The notes under the pieces were generated by a model. The model was not told where the DNA came from, did no database searches, and saw only the letters and a program-made list of their open reading frames with translations. 64,000 bases of DNA from an uncultured delta proteobacterium (GTDB lineage: Bacteria > Desulfobacterota > Desulfobacteria > Desulfobacterales > B30-G6): NCBI GenBank assembly GCA_963823335.1, contig CAWGLD010000007.1, positions 192,001 through 256,000 of the forward strand. Reading direction: 5' to 3'. Each line of letters opens with the position of its first letter. Position 1 is the first letter of the stretch. The position numbers and the translations under genes are program-made. Below, in pieces: positions 21,315 through 33,533 of the stretch.

Positions 21315-21899
21315 ATGTCAAGCGACTTAAACGGAATTGTGGTAACAAGGTGTGCCACCGCCCAGCCAGTCGCTGAAACCTGACCGTCCTGATTGTTAGT
21401 GTGATTCCATGTATCTCAAACAAAACGGTAGATATTGGGTACCCTAAAATAATACTGGTGTGCGAAAATAATCACAACAGGCCAAATCTTGTATTCATAA
21501 GCTCTACCGTGGTACCGTGGCGATGACCAGATGGTATCGGCAATAATTTCATTGAGCTTGATAACTGGACTTGTCTCCATGTATCGGTACTTGGCTGATA
21601 TTTGGTTTTCAGACAAGATACCACATGCTTTTCACTTCCAAAAATGATTTGACAATATCAAATAATTGCAGCATAGTTTTTTAAACATACTTAAAGTTCA
21701 GTTGAAACTGGATTAATTTTGTCTTAAATCTACAATTCCTATCGCATCTCTATCTACTGACCTCAATCACAACATCGATTTGATCTGCAATCTGTTCTTC
21801 TTTCATTCCTGATCATTTGATTTTCATTACTTTGTGGTGTTGAAAATTCCTTTGGAATTTTCTTTATTGTCAAACAACAAACATTAAAGGAGTGAAAAA

Positions 21900-22376
21900 A
21901 TGAAAGTTTACTCAAGAGTTTTATTCTCTCGAAAATTTATTGTGGTTGTTAGTTTTCTTTTACTTTTTGGTATTTTTATTATGCCTGCCATGGCATCTGA
22001 CCGCTTTGTTAACAATGGCGATGGTACTGTTACAGACACAAAGACTGGACTGATGTGGTCAGCAGCAGACAATGGGAATCACATAAACTGGAAGGATGCC
22101 TGTTCTTATTGTCAAAGTTGCAGTGTTGGCGGCCACACAGACTGGCGAATGCCAACATTGGCAGAACTAAAAAGTCTTTATGCTCCTGTAATAACGAACG
22201 AATATGGTTACCATATTACTACATTTATAGGTACTACTGCCGAAAGTTGTTGGGCTTCAGAGACTCGTGGCGAGGAAGCTGCCCGTTTTAATTTCAGGTA
22301 TGGGCAAGAGTATTGGCTGCGACAATTTCACTCAGGCTCAGGTAGGGCCTTACCTGTGCGGAATGTTAATTATTAA
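21900..22376 (+). CDS. DUF1566 (Lcl C-terminal-like) secreted protein, copy 1
   Basis: NGDGTVTDTKTGLMW, DWRMPTLAEL. Confidence 0.88.
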   Translation: MKVYSRVLFSRKFIVVVSFLLLFGIFIMPAMASDRFVNNGDGTVTDTKTGLMWSAADNGNHINWKDACSYCQSCSVGGHTDWRMPTLAELKSLYAPVITNEYGYHITTFIGTTAESCWASETRGEEAARFNFRYGQEYWLRQFHSGSGRALPVRNVNY

Positions 22377-22925
22377 ACCGGATCCTAACATTCGGAGATA
22401 TACAAGTTGTCAGTTGCAGACCGCTCCACGGGGCTGTAACTGTTTTTGATGACACATCACAATTGAATTAGCAGTGAACTTTTAGTTTAAAGAAAAACAG
22501 ACTTTATGTCGTACAGCTCCAACAAAAACAAAGATATCAGACCCCCGAAAAATTGCCGGTGTGCGAAAATAATCACAACAGGTCAAATCTTGCATTCATG
22601 GAGCCTGCCATGCTACCGTGGACATTACCATATGATATCGGTAAAATTTGCATCGGGCTTGATAACTGGACTTCTCTCCATGTATCTAAAGTTGGGACAT
22701 TGCATGAGTACCGCCAGAACAACCTACTCAAAATGTTTGAAACACCTCATTTCTTGACCGTTCCTAACAAATCATGTATGTACTCTATATTGCACCCAGT
22801 TCACATCTGAGCTGAAGCTGATTGTCCACTATTGTGCCTGAGTTGACCTGAACTTCAACCTGTTCATACCTTCCCAAGCAATATTATTTCCACAGCATCT
22901 ATCCATTGATCTGAAAGGGGGCATT

Positions 22926-23375
22926 ATGAAATCCATCATCGTTGCCACTTTTGTAAGCATCTTTATTTTAGCTAATGGTTTCCAAGCTGTTGCGGCAGAC
23001 AAATATTCTGTATCTGGTGAAATCATTTTTTATGAAGAACAAGGGGAATTTATTTTAAAGCTTAAAACCCAAGATGAATTGGAAAATGCCGTAAAGACAA
23101 TTCCACCAGAAAGATATCTATTGATAAAGCCTACCTCAGACCAACTTAAAGCTAAAAAGGTTACTTTTTCATTTACGAATATTCCCGCTGGCAGCTATTG
23201 TATCTCCTGCCTTCATGACCTAAATAAAAATGGGGAATTGGATCGTGTTCCTGAAACTGGTTTTCCTGTTGAGCCATATGGTTATTCAGGGCCATTGGCA
23301 TTTGGAAAGCCTATGTGGGAGGATGTAAGCTTTAAAGTAGATAAGGATATTAGTGGGATCAAAATCAAGCTATAG
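22926..23375 (+). CDS. DUF2141-like secreted protein (cassette gene)
   Basis: PAGSYCISCLHDLNKNGELD...PVEPYGYS. Confidence 0.8.
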   Translation: MKSIIVATFVSIFILANGFQAVAADKYSVSGEIIFYEEQGEFILKLKTQDELENAVKTIPPERYLLIKPTSDQLKAKKVTFSFTNIPAGSYCISCLHDLNKNGELDRVPETGFPVEPYGYSGPLAFGKPMWEDVSFKVDKDISGIKIKL

Positions 23376-23539
23376 CCTGTATTGTACTATCTCCAACAAA
23401 AACAAAGATATCAAGCGCCCAAAATATTACCGGTGTGCGAAAATAATCGCAACAAACAGAATCTTGTATTCATGAGCCCTGCCGTGGTACGCTGGGCATA
23501 ACCAGATGGTATCGGTAATATTTGCATCAAACTTGATAA

Positions 23540-25216
23540 TTGGACATCTCTCCATATATCAGTGATTACTCGATAGTTGGTTATAATGGAAGAGCTATGA
23601 ATTTGCTTCAGAATAGGAAGTACATGACTTTTCGTATCCTTGCCACGTTATTAGGTCTGGTATCTTTTTATTCTTTCTCTGCCGCATCGATTATCATCTA
23701 CCCAACAGGAGCTTGGCAAGCTTCTACTCCTGAAGAACAAGGGATGGAATCTCAAGCCCTTGCTGAAATGATGGAGTACATAAAGAAAAACAGTTTCAAC
23801 ATTGATAGTATATCAGTTGTACGAAACGGTTTTATGGTTTTCGATGCATACTTTTGGCCATTTTCAAAGGGGCAAAAGCATATTATTCATTCATGTACAA
23901 AAAGCATTATGTCAGCATTGATAGGCATTGCTATCGATAAAGGATACATTCAAGATGTGAACCAATCCATTATCGATTTTTTCCCAGATAGAGCATTTGC
24001 GAATAATAGTGACCTTAAAAAGTCCATTACGCTTGAAAACCTACTAATGATGGCATCAGGCTTGAAATGCAGGGACTCTTATCTTTATCGCTGGAAGGGA
24101 TTGTTTGAAATGCGATATAGCAGGGATTGGGCTCAATATGTTCTCGACCTTCCCATGGTTGAGCCTCCAGGTAAAAAGTTTGAATATTGCAATGGAGTCT
24201 CATATCTCCTATCTGTCATTATCCAAAATTCAACAAATATGACAACTTTAGATTTTGCAAGAGAGCATCTATTTGATCCCCTTGGCATATTTGAAATTGG
24301 TTGGGCAAATAGTCCTCAGGGTGTTGATATCGGATATGGTGAGATGTGGTTAAAGCCTCATGATATGGCCAAATTTGGATGGCTATATCTAAATAAGGGA
24401 CAATGGGGCAACAAACAGATAATACCTTCAACATGGGTTGAGGTTTCTACACGTGGGCATATCGATACTACGCTTTTTGATCAATATGGGTATCAGTGGT
24501 GGATCGATTCTGCTGGATATTATATGGCTGTTGGATATAAAGGCCAGCGTATTTTCGTTGTGCCGGAAAAAAATATTGTGGCGGTCTTTACCAGTGATCT
24601 GACCGGCAGGAATAGTTTAGTTTCTAAAAATTTGCTGGACTATTACATAATTCCAGCTGCATCTTCACCTACCGTATTATCACCAAACGTGGAAGAACAA
24701 GCCAGACTGGGTGCATTAATAAATAGTGTCGCCAAGGCTCCATTGGCCGGATTTGTTTGGATTTCAGAAAATAAGGGAATAGCGAAAGATGGTGTTTTTA
24801 AGAGAACAGCATCACCGGCTTTTAAGTTTGAGTATCCATTGGGTAGTAAAAAAATAGCAATTGCCTATCCAAGTCAGATAATGAGAATGAGAACTCCAAG
24901 AGACTTTGAATTTTCTGCCTTTGTTGGTGATATCCCTGAGGGTTTAGAGTTAGAAGACTTCGGGCAAAAATTTTATGCCAAGGAGATAGAGAATGTTGGT
25001 TCAGATATCAAAGTCATTATTAATAAAGAAATCACGCTTAAGTGTGGTACGAAAGCATATCAAACGGAACTTACATGGGTATTGAATAATACTATGCTGA
25101 TAAGGACTTTTCTCGTAACAGCATACAAGGATGGGAAATATGTATTTATAGACGCTCACCCATGGAAAAATGAGAATAACGCTGAACTAATTGTTCAGAG
25201 TTTAATATTTAGATAG
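23540..25216 (+). CDS. Serine hydrolase, beta-lactamase family (cassette gene; true start probably downstream of 23560)
   Basis: SCTK (SxxK), FEYCN, DMAKFGWLYLNKG, YGYQWW. Confidence 0.9.
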   Translation: MDISPYISDYSIVGYNGRAMNLLQNRKYMTFRILATLLGLVSFYSFSAASIIIYPTGAWQASTPEEQGMESQALAEMMEYIKKNSFNIDSISVVRNGFMVFDAYFWPFSKGQKHIIHSCTKSIMSALIGIAIDKGYIQDVNQSIIDFFPDRAFANNSDLKKSITLENLLMMASGLKCRDSYLYRWKGLFEMRYSRDWAQYVLDLPMVEPPGKKFEYCNGVSYLLSVIIQNSTNMTTLDFAREHLFDPLGIFEIGWANSPQGVDIGYGEMWLKPHDMAKFGWLYLNKGQWGNKQIIPSTWVEVSTRGHIDTTLFDQYGYQWWIDSAGYYMAVGYKGQRIFVVPEKNIVAVFTSDLTGRNSLVSKNLLDYYIIPAASSPTVLSPNVEEQARLGALINSVAKAPLAGFVWISENKGIAKDGVFKRTASPAFKFEYPLGSKKIAIAYPSQIMRMRTPRDFEFSAFVGDIPEGLELEDFGQKFYAKEIENVGSDIKVIINKEITLKCGTKAYQTELTWVLNNTMLIRTFLVTAYKDGKYVFIDAHPWKNENNAELIVQSLIFR

Positions 25217-25466
25217 ACTGCCGATAGCTGGTACCTTTCCTATAGGTAGATGTTGTGGAGGCGAGCGAGCCCGTAGGGTGTAGCTCGCGGAGTCTCCACA
25301 ACTCTATCGATAGGGGTTTTCAAGCCTTAAATTCCCCCGTAATTATCCAATTCCAAAATAATAAAGGTGAAACTCCCCTGTTTAATGAGCCATCAGGTTT
25401 TGGCCTGTGGCATAATTGATGCGTAGTCTGCAATGAAGCAGCTACAAAACAAAAGGAGTTTCACCT

Positions 25467-26663
25467 ATGAAAAAACGAAACATTTATCAGAATCAAAGTC
25501 AAGATTTACTTAGTCTTTTTGAGGCGGCTGGCAGCAGTGAAAAAGTGATGTGCGTGCCGTTAGATTATGCAAAGAAAGATCATTTGGCGATGTTTTGCAA
25601 TGGGTACGGTGATATTTTGCGAAAACCGTTTTCAGTGAAGAACACGCCAGAAGGCATAGCATACATCGATGATCAGGTAACGCGTTCCTGCCGGCGGCGT
25701 GGCATAAAAAAGGAGCATGTCTTTTTTGGTGGTGAAGATGCCAATTCATTTGCGAAAAATTTTGTCAGCACATTACGAAGCAAAGGCTTTCTTGTTGCCA
25801 ATGTGAATGCGCATGACGCAAAAAAACAGCGTGGGAATCTGCAAGCCAGTACTGATCGAATAGATTTAATGGGCATTGCCACCATGCTGTTGAATTGTCG
25901 TGCCAACTGCGGTCCTGCTCAATCCGGCATCTATCGTAATCTTCGCACCCTTGTTCGCCATCGGCGCAAGCTGGTTCAAATGTTAACTGAAGTAAAAAAT
26001 CGAGTGCATGGAATTGTCGATGAGCTTTTCCCCGGATTCTTAAATGAAAAGAATAGCGGTATCGTTCCGTTTACACAAAGTTCACTATACTTGATGGAAG
26101 ATCGTTTTAGTCCGAAACAGATCCGTCGTCGCAGACGTCAAAAGCTGATCGAAATTCTTAAGCGATTTGGTACTTCAAAGGCTGAGAAAACGGCCGCTAA
26201 ACTTCAACAGTATGCGGCAAATGTACTGCATGCCCCGGTTGAATATGTTGATACAATGCAGCTATCCCTGGCCCAGCATGTCAAACACATAAGGTGTTTA
26301 AAAGAAAGTGTTGCGCAGATGGATAAGGAGATAGCGTTGAATCTGTCACAAACCCAAGGCGCTTTTCTGACAAGTGTACGCGGCATTGGTCTTGTTTTGG
26401 CAGCCGGCGTAACCGCTGAGATCGGAGATTTAAATGAACAAAAGTCTCTCAATAATTTGGCATCCTATTCAGGCATCATCCCGCGTGTTAAACAAACCGG
26501 TGGTACCGATGGCAAAACGTATACAGGACCGGTAGCCACCCTGTCCGTCCGAAAACTAATTATGGCTCCAAGGTACTCTGATCCTGGGATCGCTCAGAGA
26601 TCTCGTCATACCAGTTTGTCAAGATCGGACGTTATGGGCAGGGGTTACCACCTGTTATGCTGA
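25467..26663 (+). mobile_element. IS110-family transposase, apparently C-terminally truncated
   Basis: N-terminal LDYAKK/DEDD-type domain, TDRIDL, SVRGIG...AEIGD, SYSGIIPRVKQTG, then similarity is lost. Confidence 0.8.
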
Positions 26664-27202
26664 ACTTTGAATAACTGAAACTGTGATGGCTAAGACTGGT
26701 TCATTTAAAAGATATCAAAACCGGCCCGGACCGGTACAGGGGAAGTGTTGCCTAAAATTTGCGGAGAATATTGGCTTGACTTTATTCTGGTACTCCAACT
26801 AATCCACGGTGAAAGGGGCCTCTGAAAAGCTTTGATACCATACTATCCAGCGAATTCCTGACCTAAAAGGTAAGTCTGTCAATTCAAGTATAAGCCAGGA
26901 CATTGTCAAAAGACGGACATTACATTACAAATTCACCACACAAGATTGACTTGACCTGACACCCTTAATTGATGGTATCTGCAATAAGGCCCGAATGATG
27001 ATTGTCTCCATGTATCGGTAATTGGATATATTTGGTTTCATGCTTGACTGAAAATATTTCCTTCTGTATATCAATTAAAACACTTAAATTTCATCTCTTC
27101 TGAAGTTGATGTGCCTTTCCTAAATCTACACTTCATTCTAAGTTGCCCTGTCAAAGCTTTAAACTGCTCTTTTCTCACTTCGATCATTAATAGAAACCAA
27201 AT

Positions 27203-28120
27203 ATGAAAGTGAAAGGAGACCGAAAAATGAAAAGACTATTCATACTGATTCTTTCTTTAATTCTAATGGGATTTGCTGCAGGACAAAAACCGCAGGCTGC
27301 TGAAATTGTAAAACTGACTGAAAAAACAACAAATATTGAGTCTTTTGAAATATGCTATAATGAAGGTGGGAAAGGAGAAACTGTCCTTTTGTTACATGGT
27401 TTTGGTGGAATGAAGGAAATGTGGACTGAATTTGCACAATTTCTTATTCCATCATACCGTGTCATTATTTTAGATCTACCAGGTCATGGGAAAAGCACAA
27501 AAAGCATTGAAGCATCATATACCATTGAAAAGCAGGCAGAGAGAATTGACCAATTTGCTAATTCTTTGGGATTGTCCAAGTTTCATATAGCAGGGAATTC
27601 AATGGGAGGAACCATTTCTGGGGAGTATGCTGTTAATTATCCTGATCGATTATTAAGTTTAGGGTTGTTCGATACAGGCGGGGTTCTTTCTAACAAAATG
27701 AGTGATTTTATATCAATTCTCATGTCCGAAGGAAAAAACATCCTGATTGCAAAAAATCGAGAAGAATATGATAAAGTTTTAGAATTCGTATTTTTTAAAA
27801 TTCCTTCTTGGCCACAAGAACGCATGGATGGAGCTTTTGAAAGAAGTATTGCGGACCCCGAATTAAAGGAAAAAATATTTGAGGACATCACGAATGGATA
27901 CCAAATACCTCTACAATTTAACCTAAATAAAATCAATGCACCAACATTAATTCTTTGGGGTGATAAAGACCGAATCTTAGACGTATCTTGTGCTAAAATT
28001 CTTGAAAAGGGAATTTCAAATTCAAAAACAGTTATTATGAAAGATATGGGTCATTGCCCCCAAATGGAACGTCCAGAAGAAACAGCTAATCATTATATTG
28101 AATATCTACGGAGCATATAA
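27203..28120 (+). CDS. Secreted alpha/beta hydrolase (lipase/esterase) (cassette gene)
   Basis: LLHGFGG, DLPGHG, GNSMGG, WGDKD, GHCPQME. Confidence 0.92.
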   Translation: MKVKGDRKMKRLFILILSLILMGFAAGQKPQAAEIVKLTEKTTNIESFEICYNEGGKGETVLLLHGFGGMKEMWTEFAQFLIPSYRVIILDLPGHGKSTKSIEASYTIEKQAERIDQFANSLGLSKFHIAGNSMGGTISGEYAVNYPDRLLSLGLFDTGGVLSNKMSDFISILMSEGKNILIAKNREEYDKVLEFVFFKIPSWPQERMDGAFERSIADPELKEKIFEDITNGYQIPLQFNLNKINAPTLILWGDKDRILDVSCAKILEKGISNSKTVIMKDMGHCPQMERPEETANHYIEYLRSI

Positions 28121-28396
28121 TCATAAGAGGTAAAAGAATTCTCTTGCAGGGTCAGAAATGGCCCTGCCTTTTTTACAGATTGCCAATATCTCCAACGATT
28201 CGGTAGATATCAGACACTTAAAATATTACCGGTGTGCGAATATATTCACAACAGGTCAAATCTTGCATTCATAGGTGTCTCCATGGTACCTTGGGGATGA
28301 CTATATGGTATCTGACAATTTATCAGATTATCGGATAGTTGGATTTGTCTCCATCTATCTGTAATGGCTGTTATTGGATCATAAGGAAGTTCGATT

Positions 28397-28837
28397 ATGC
28401 CCATTGAGATACAAGATTGTGATGGTGGTATAGGCAATATCATTATAAGTCGAGGGGTGGTTACGGATCAAGAACTTGTCGATACCTTGAATGAACATCT
28501 AACACATAACAAAGAAAAATTAAAAAGATACAAATACATTCTTTTTGATCACACAGCATTAACAAAGTTGGATATCACTAAAGAAACCGTAGAATTTATT
28601 GCAGGACTATGGGAAGACATCTCGAGAGCTAATCCAGATCCTATAACTGCAATGATAGCTAATGTTTCAATTGGAGCTAATATCGATCTTATCAATAGAA
28701 TTTCGAGAATGCATGAATTATTTATTCATCGGTCGTGTTGGGAAACCATGGTATTTAGAACTAAAATAGAAGCGGTGAGATGGATCAAGGAAAAGGTTAG
28801 AGAAAAATTTGGAATTAATAATCTGACATTTGATTAA
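28397..28837 (+). CDS. Hypothetical protein (cassette gene)
   Basis: 146-aa ORF between R11 and a short site at 28870. Confidence 0.7.
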   Translation: MPIEIQDCDGGIGNIIISRGVVTDQELVDTLNEHLTHNKEKLKRYKYILFDHTALTKLDITKETVEFIAGLWEDISRANPDPITAMIANVSIGANIDLINRISRMHELFIHRSCWETMVFRTKIEAVRWIKEKVREKFGINNLTFD

Positions 28838-28949
28838 ACTCAGACATGGTTCACGTGCTCGAAAAAAAAGATATCTGCAATTTGGTCTAACTGTGAATAT
28901 TCTCCATCTATCTGCAATTGAAATACAAGGTTCACTAAAAGGAGGAATC

Positions 28950-29426
28950 ATGATAGGCGGGTTGGCCTTCCAAGATGAGTCTTATATTAAAAATAACCAT
29001 TGCTGGGTGTGTGGTAATGATAATCCTTATGGGCTTTATATTAAAAGCCAATGGGATGGTGACGAATCTATTTGCGAATGGGAACCAAAGGATTATCATT
29101 GTGCAGGTTGGCCTATCGTATTAAACGGAGGTGTCATTTCTGGTATTATGGATTGCCACTGTATATGCACAGCCATTGCGGAATATTACAAAGATAAAAC
29201 CTTTGAAGAAAAGGAATCACCAAAATATTGGTTTGCCACAGTCTCACTAAAAGTTGATTTTCTAAAACCAGCTGCTGTAGATAAACCTGTTCAGCTACGG
29301 GCAAAGATTAAGGAAATGCATAAAAAGAAAGCTGTTGTTTCATGCTCTTTATACTCGGATGGTGTAGAATGTGCGCAATGTGAAATGATTGGTGTACGAG
29401 TTCCTGCTAACGTAGGGCAGAAGTGA
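28950..29426 (+). CDS. PaaI-family thioesterase (cassette gene)
   Basis: CWVCGNDNPYGL, LNGGVISGIMD, LKVDFLKP; RBS AGGAGG. Confidence 0.85.
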   Translation: MIGGLAFQDESYIKNNHCWVCGNDNPYGLYIKSQWDGDESICEWEPKDYHCAGWPIVLNGGVISGIMDCHCICTAIAEYYKDKTFEEKESPKYWFATVSLKVDFLKPAAVDKPVQLRAKIKEMHKKKAVVSCSLYSDGVECAQCEMIGVRVPANVGQK

Positions 29427-29604
29427 CGTTATCTGTAATTTGACCGGACTATTGATTATCTCCCTATCACAGTTGCTCGGGCTTACATGAAAACCGTGTT
29501 GAATTATTACAACCACAATCTTTATATCCATGGAACAATCTCCCACACTGTGAAATACAAATAATCGACAATATGAAAGCCATCATAAGAACGGAGCTTT
29601 AAAA

Positions 29605-29769
29605 ATGTCCAAGGGTGTTAATGAGAGAAAGCTGACTTGTTCAGATATTGGATACCGTGGAAAACCATTGGACAAGTTATCTAAAGATGAGTTTATTGAT
29701 CTTTGTCTTAAATTAGCCCAATCAATTCATGATTGCTCGACTGACGAAGCACCATGTAAAAATGTTTAA
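29605..29769 (+). CDS. Small hypothetical protein (54 aa)
   Basis: MSKGVNERKLTCSDIGYRGKPLDKLSKDEFIDLC...; GGAG RBS; below the ORF-track cutoff. Confidence 0.45.
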   Translation: MSKGVNERKLTCSDIGYRGKPLDKLSKDEFIDLCLKLAQSIHDCSTDEAPCKNV

Positions 29770-29869
29770 GCATGTGAACTATGGCTGGATATCCTTGTAT
29801 TGTCGCCTACAATGTGGTATTAACAAAACACTCATGCTAAAATAATTAATGGTCAAAAAATAATACCAC

Positions 29870-30280
29870 GTGAAAGATCAAATTAGAAACAAGAAAGGTT
29901 TTACCCTTGTTGAAGTCATTGCCGTTTTAGTAATTCTGGGTATCCTTGCAGCCGTGGCCATTCCAAAGTTTTTTGATATGCAGGAGAACGCCCGCATTAA
30001 AGGCTTAGCCAGTTGTATTGCGGTATTGAGCGGAGAGGCCAAATTAGCCTTTGCTAATAATATAATAAATGCCGGCCCCGATGGAAGGTATGATGGTTAT
30101 ATAGGCATCGGTGATCCTGATTTCATTGTGACAGGTCAATCTGTAAATACGCCCGCTTCTGGTACTATCAAGTACAAGAACCATCCTGATGTTTATAATC
30201 TTATTTGGACGCCCGGTCCTTCTACCGGACCCGAAAATAAGAAAAGACCTGGATATTTTACCTTGGGCAGTAAGATTTAG
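29870..30280 (+). CDS. Type IV pilin-like protein with N-terminal methylation motif (cassette gene)
   Basis: KKG-FTLVEVIAVLVILGILAAVAIPKF. Confidence 0.9.
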   Translation: MKDQIRNKKGFTLVEVIAVLVILGILAAVAIPKFFDMQENARIKGLASCIAVLSGEAKLAFANNIINAGPDGRYDGYIGIGDPDFIVTGQSVNTPASGTIKYKNHPDVYNLIWTPGPSTGPENKKRPGYFTLGSKI

Positions 30281-30741
30281 CAATTGACAAAGACACATTT
30301 CACGGAACCTAAGTAGGGTCAATTTTAGCCCTATTCTTTTTGGTGACATCTCCAAACGGTAGATATCAGACCCCTGAAAATTTACCGGTGTGCGAAAATA
30401 ATCACAATAGACCAAATCCTGCATTGATAGGGTCTCCCATGGTGCGCTGGGCATGACCAGATGGTATCGGCAATAATTTGGTTGAGTTTGATAACTGGAC
30501 TTATCTCCATCAATCACAGATTTCAAATTCAATATTTATTAGCGTAACCTTCGGTTTTGACGTATTTTCCTCAACCCCAAGATGTTGCGGTTGTAGATTC
30601 TTATAATCTGAAAGCGACGGATCATGCTATCAGATATTTCATTGCAGGTGATTGTCTCCACATCTCACACTTGCATCACAGGATAGCTAAGAAAAGATGA
30701 CATGATTGGAGATTCATATTTTCAGAATTTAGGAGGGAAAA

Positions 30742-32204
30742 ATGAAAATATTTATTTTAAGTTTTCGTAAAATAATATTTTGTATTCTTGCTTTTTTCCT
30801 TTTCGCATTCGTGACTGAAAATGCAGTTGGCGAACAATCCAAAGAGCGCGAATACTGGCCAACCTCAGGTTGGAAGACTTCAATCCCAGAGAAGCAGGGG
30901 ATGGATTCCGCCAAACTATTGATAGCAGACGAGTTTATTCAGAACAGACTTCCCGATGCATTTAGCTTGCTGGTTGTCAAGAATGGCTATTTAGTCTTTG
31001 AGAAATATTACTCGTTGGGAAGTCGGGAAAAATATGCTGACGTCCATTCCGTTACTAAAAGTTTTACATCAGCCTTAATTGGTATCGCACTGGACAAAGG
31101 TTATCTTAATAGTGTTGATCAAAAACTTGTCGATTTTTTTCCTGAATATATCACTGATGAATCAGATCCGATGAAACAGGAGATCAGTCTTAGACACCTA
31201 TTAACAATGAGTGCCGGGTTTAAGTGGAACGATTGGGGTCCTAGCATGCGGAACTGGTTATATTGTTCTTCGAATTGGGTAAAATCTGCGATTCAACTCC
31301 CGCAAGAAAATACTCCGGGTGACATATTTAATTACAATTCATCAACGTCACATCTTCTGTCAGCAATCCTGTCAAAATCTTCTGAAACAAACACGTTGGA
31401 TTTCGCAAAGCAATACCTTTTCGAACCATTAGGGATTCAATCAGCCTATTGGCATGAAGACCAGCAAGGATACCATATTGGCGGTTTTGGTTTGGGTTTT
31501 TCAGCACGGGATTTGGCAAAATTCGGCTTCCTGTACTTAAATAATGGGTATTGGAATGGTCAATCTATTGTCTCTGAATTTTGGGTGAATCAATCGACCA
31601 GTCAACAAATACAAGCCTGTCAAGCCATCCCATTTATGGTAAATTTGGGTATGGGTATCAATGGTGGGTGAAAAAAGTCGATGGTTGCAAAAGCTATAGG
31701 GCACTGGGGAAGGCGAGGACAATTCATTGTGGTCGTTCCGGAACTGGATCTTGTCATTGCAGTAACATCCAACCCCGTGCAGCCTCACCCGCCGACTTCC
31801 ATTCATTACAATCCTCTTTTTGATCTGGTTGCAGCCGCTGTTAAAAGGAATAGGCCGCCGAAAAAACCACTGGTTGCTGTTGAATTGCCCCCTGATGTGA
31901 AGACCTTCATATCTGACTATAATCAAGCCAGATATGATAAATCTAGAAAATGTCAGAGCTGATTTCGGATCGTTTTCTCCATGAGGGAGTTACCAAGCAA
32001 ATGGCTGTGAGTTTTTTAACAGGAGCCAAATCTTATACATCTGAGGCTAAAATCATTATTACGAGGTTTGAACTCGTTGAGGAGAAGGCTGAAGTTGATG
32101 TCTGGCTTAAGGACAAATATTTTGAATCTCTTTTTATGAAAGGTAGCAGTCTGATTAAAGAAAATGGAAATTGGAAATGGTATGGAAATCAAGTTTCAAG
32201 ATAA
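30742..32204 (+). pseudogene. Frameshifted beta-lactamase-family serine hydrolase
   Basis: SVTK, FNYN, DLAKFG; continuation (YGYQWW, GQFIVVVPELDLV) split across ORFs at 31581, 31681 and 31950. Confidence 0.8.
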
Positions 32205-32669
32205 CCAATCATCGTATATAGGAAAATGCAGACGGCTATTTGCAGATACTTGCTATATGCTAAACACCAGATGTAGTATGGAGTGATTTCACCAAAGTGT
32301 GAAGATTACTGGTATAAATGTTGACCTTGTAGGGTGTTACTATCTCCAACAAAACATTAGATATCAGGCACTTGAAAAATTGCCGATGTGTGAAAATAAT
32401 CACAACAGACGAAATCTTGCATTGATAGGCCCTACCGTGGTACCGTGGGTATAATCGAATAGTTCAGTAATTTGAGCAGACCGTTGATCCATGTATCACC
32501 ACCTTGTGTGAGCTTATGACATTGGCAAGCTTAACACTATCTCATTCCTCTGCTTAACCTTTCACACAAGTTATTGACAGTCCATCGAGTTGGAATCTTT
32601 ACAATATCAAATTGTGGCATTATTCTTCCTATAGTTTCAGCGAAAACATTGAATGAGAGGAGAACCGAT

Positions 32670-32978
32670 ATGGCAACAATATTATTTGTACGCATCAAAT
32701 CCGATCTCGACCCTAAGGAGCTAGAACGTCGATTAATTGAACGCCGACCTCGATTTCATGAGGTGCCGGGACTGGTGCAGAAATTCTATGGACGAGACGA
32801 ATCGACCGGTGATGTGTGCGGCATATATTTTTTTGAGGATCAAAATGCGCTCTCAGCTTTTCGCGAAACCGAGTTAGCAAAAACGATTCCGACTGCATAC
32901 GAAGCAAAAGAAATTCGACGGGAAGTCTACGAAGTACTCTATCCCTTATATCCTGATCGCGGACCGATTGCAGAATAG
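32670..32978 (+). CDS. YdhR-like putative monooxygenase (cassette gene)
   Basis: VPGLVQKFY...CGIYFFED; RBS GAGGAG. Confidence 0.75.
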   Translation: MATILFVRIKSDLDPKELERRLIERRPRFHEVPGLVQKFYGRDESTGDVCGIYFFEDQNALSAFRETELAKTIPTAYEAKEIRREVYEVLYPLYPDRGPIAE

Positions 32979-33329
32979 ATTCTTGTTTGCACCCATATAG
33001 CACATGTTTTTCAGTCCTTTAAAATCTGGTGAAACCTCCAACAAAACGTTAAATATCAACCCCTTAAAATATTACCGGTGTGCGGAAAAAAACAACAAAA
33101 TTTGCATTAATAATGGTCCCCATGCTACCGTGATGATGACCAAATGGTATCGTTAATAATTTGGTTGAGTTTGATAACTGGACATCTCTCCATACATCAC
33201 CGGTGGAGGCATTTCAGCATTACTTAGAAACTCTATTGCATTTTGAGCTCTATTGACGTTATAAAAAATAGGGTTATTTTACTTACAGTATTCTTTTTTT
33301 GGAAATAACTTAAACAAAAGGAGGATAAC

Positions 33330-33533
33330 ATGGACTTTGATCATGAGTACGCCAGCTACCTGGATGAAAAAGCTTTGTCTGAAATACAGTTATTGGAGAA
33401 AGAAACTGGCGCAATTATTTTAGCCTATCCAGAACGTCCTTTACATGCTGAACTGCCTAAAACACAATTGGACAAAATTCGATCGTTGGAAAAGAAACTT
33501 TGTGTTAGATTGGTTGCTTTCGAATCGCACTGA
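33330..33533 (+). CDS. Small hypothetical protein (cassette gene)
   Basis: Strong RBS AGGAGG; internal repeat (IQLLEKETG / IRSLEKKLC). Confidence 0.7.
   Translation: MDFDHEYASYLDEKALSEIQLLEKETGAIILAYPERPLHAELPKTQLDKIRSLEKKLCVRLVAFESH

Noticed and set aside
23540-25216. Antibiotic-resistance beta-lactamase
   Set aside because: Motifs only support the broad serine hydrolase family; substrate cannot be inferred.
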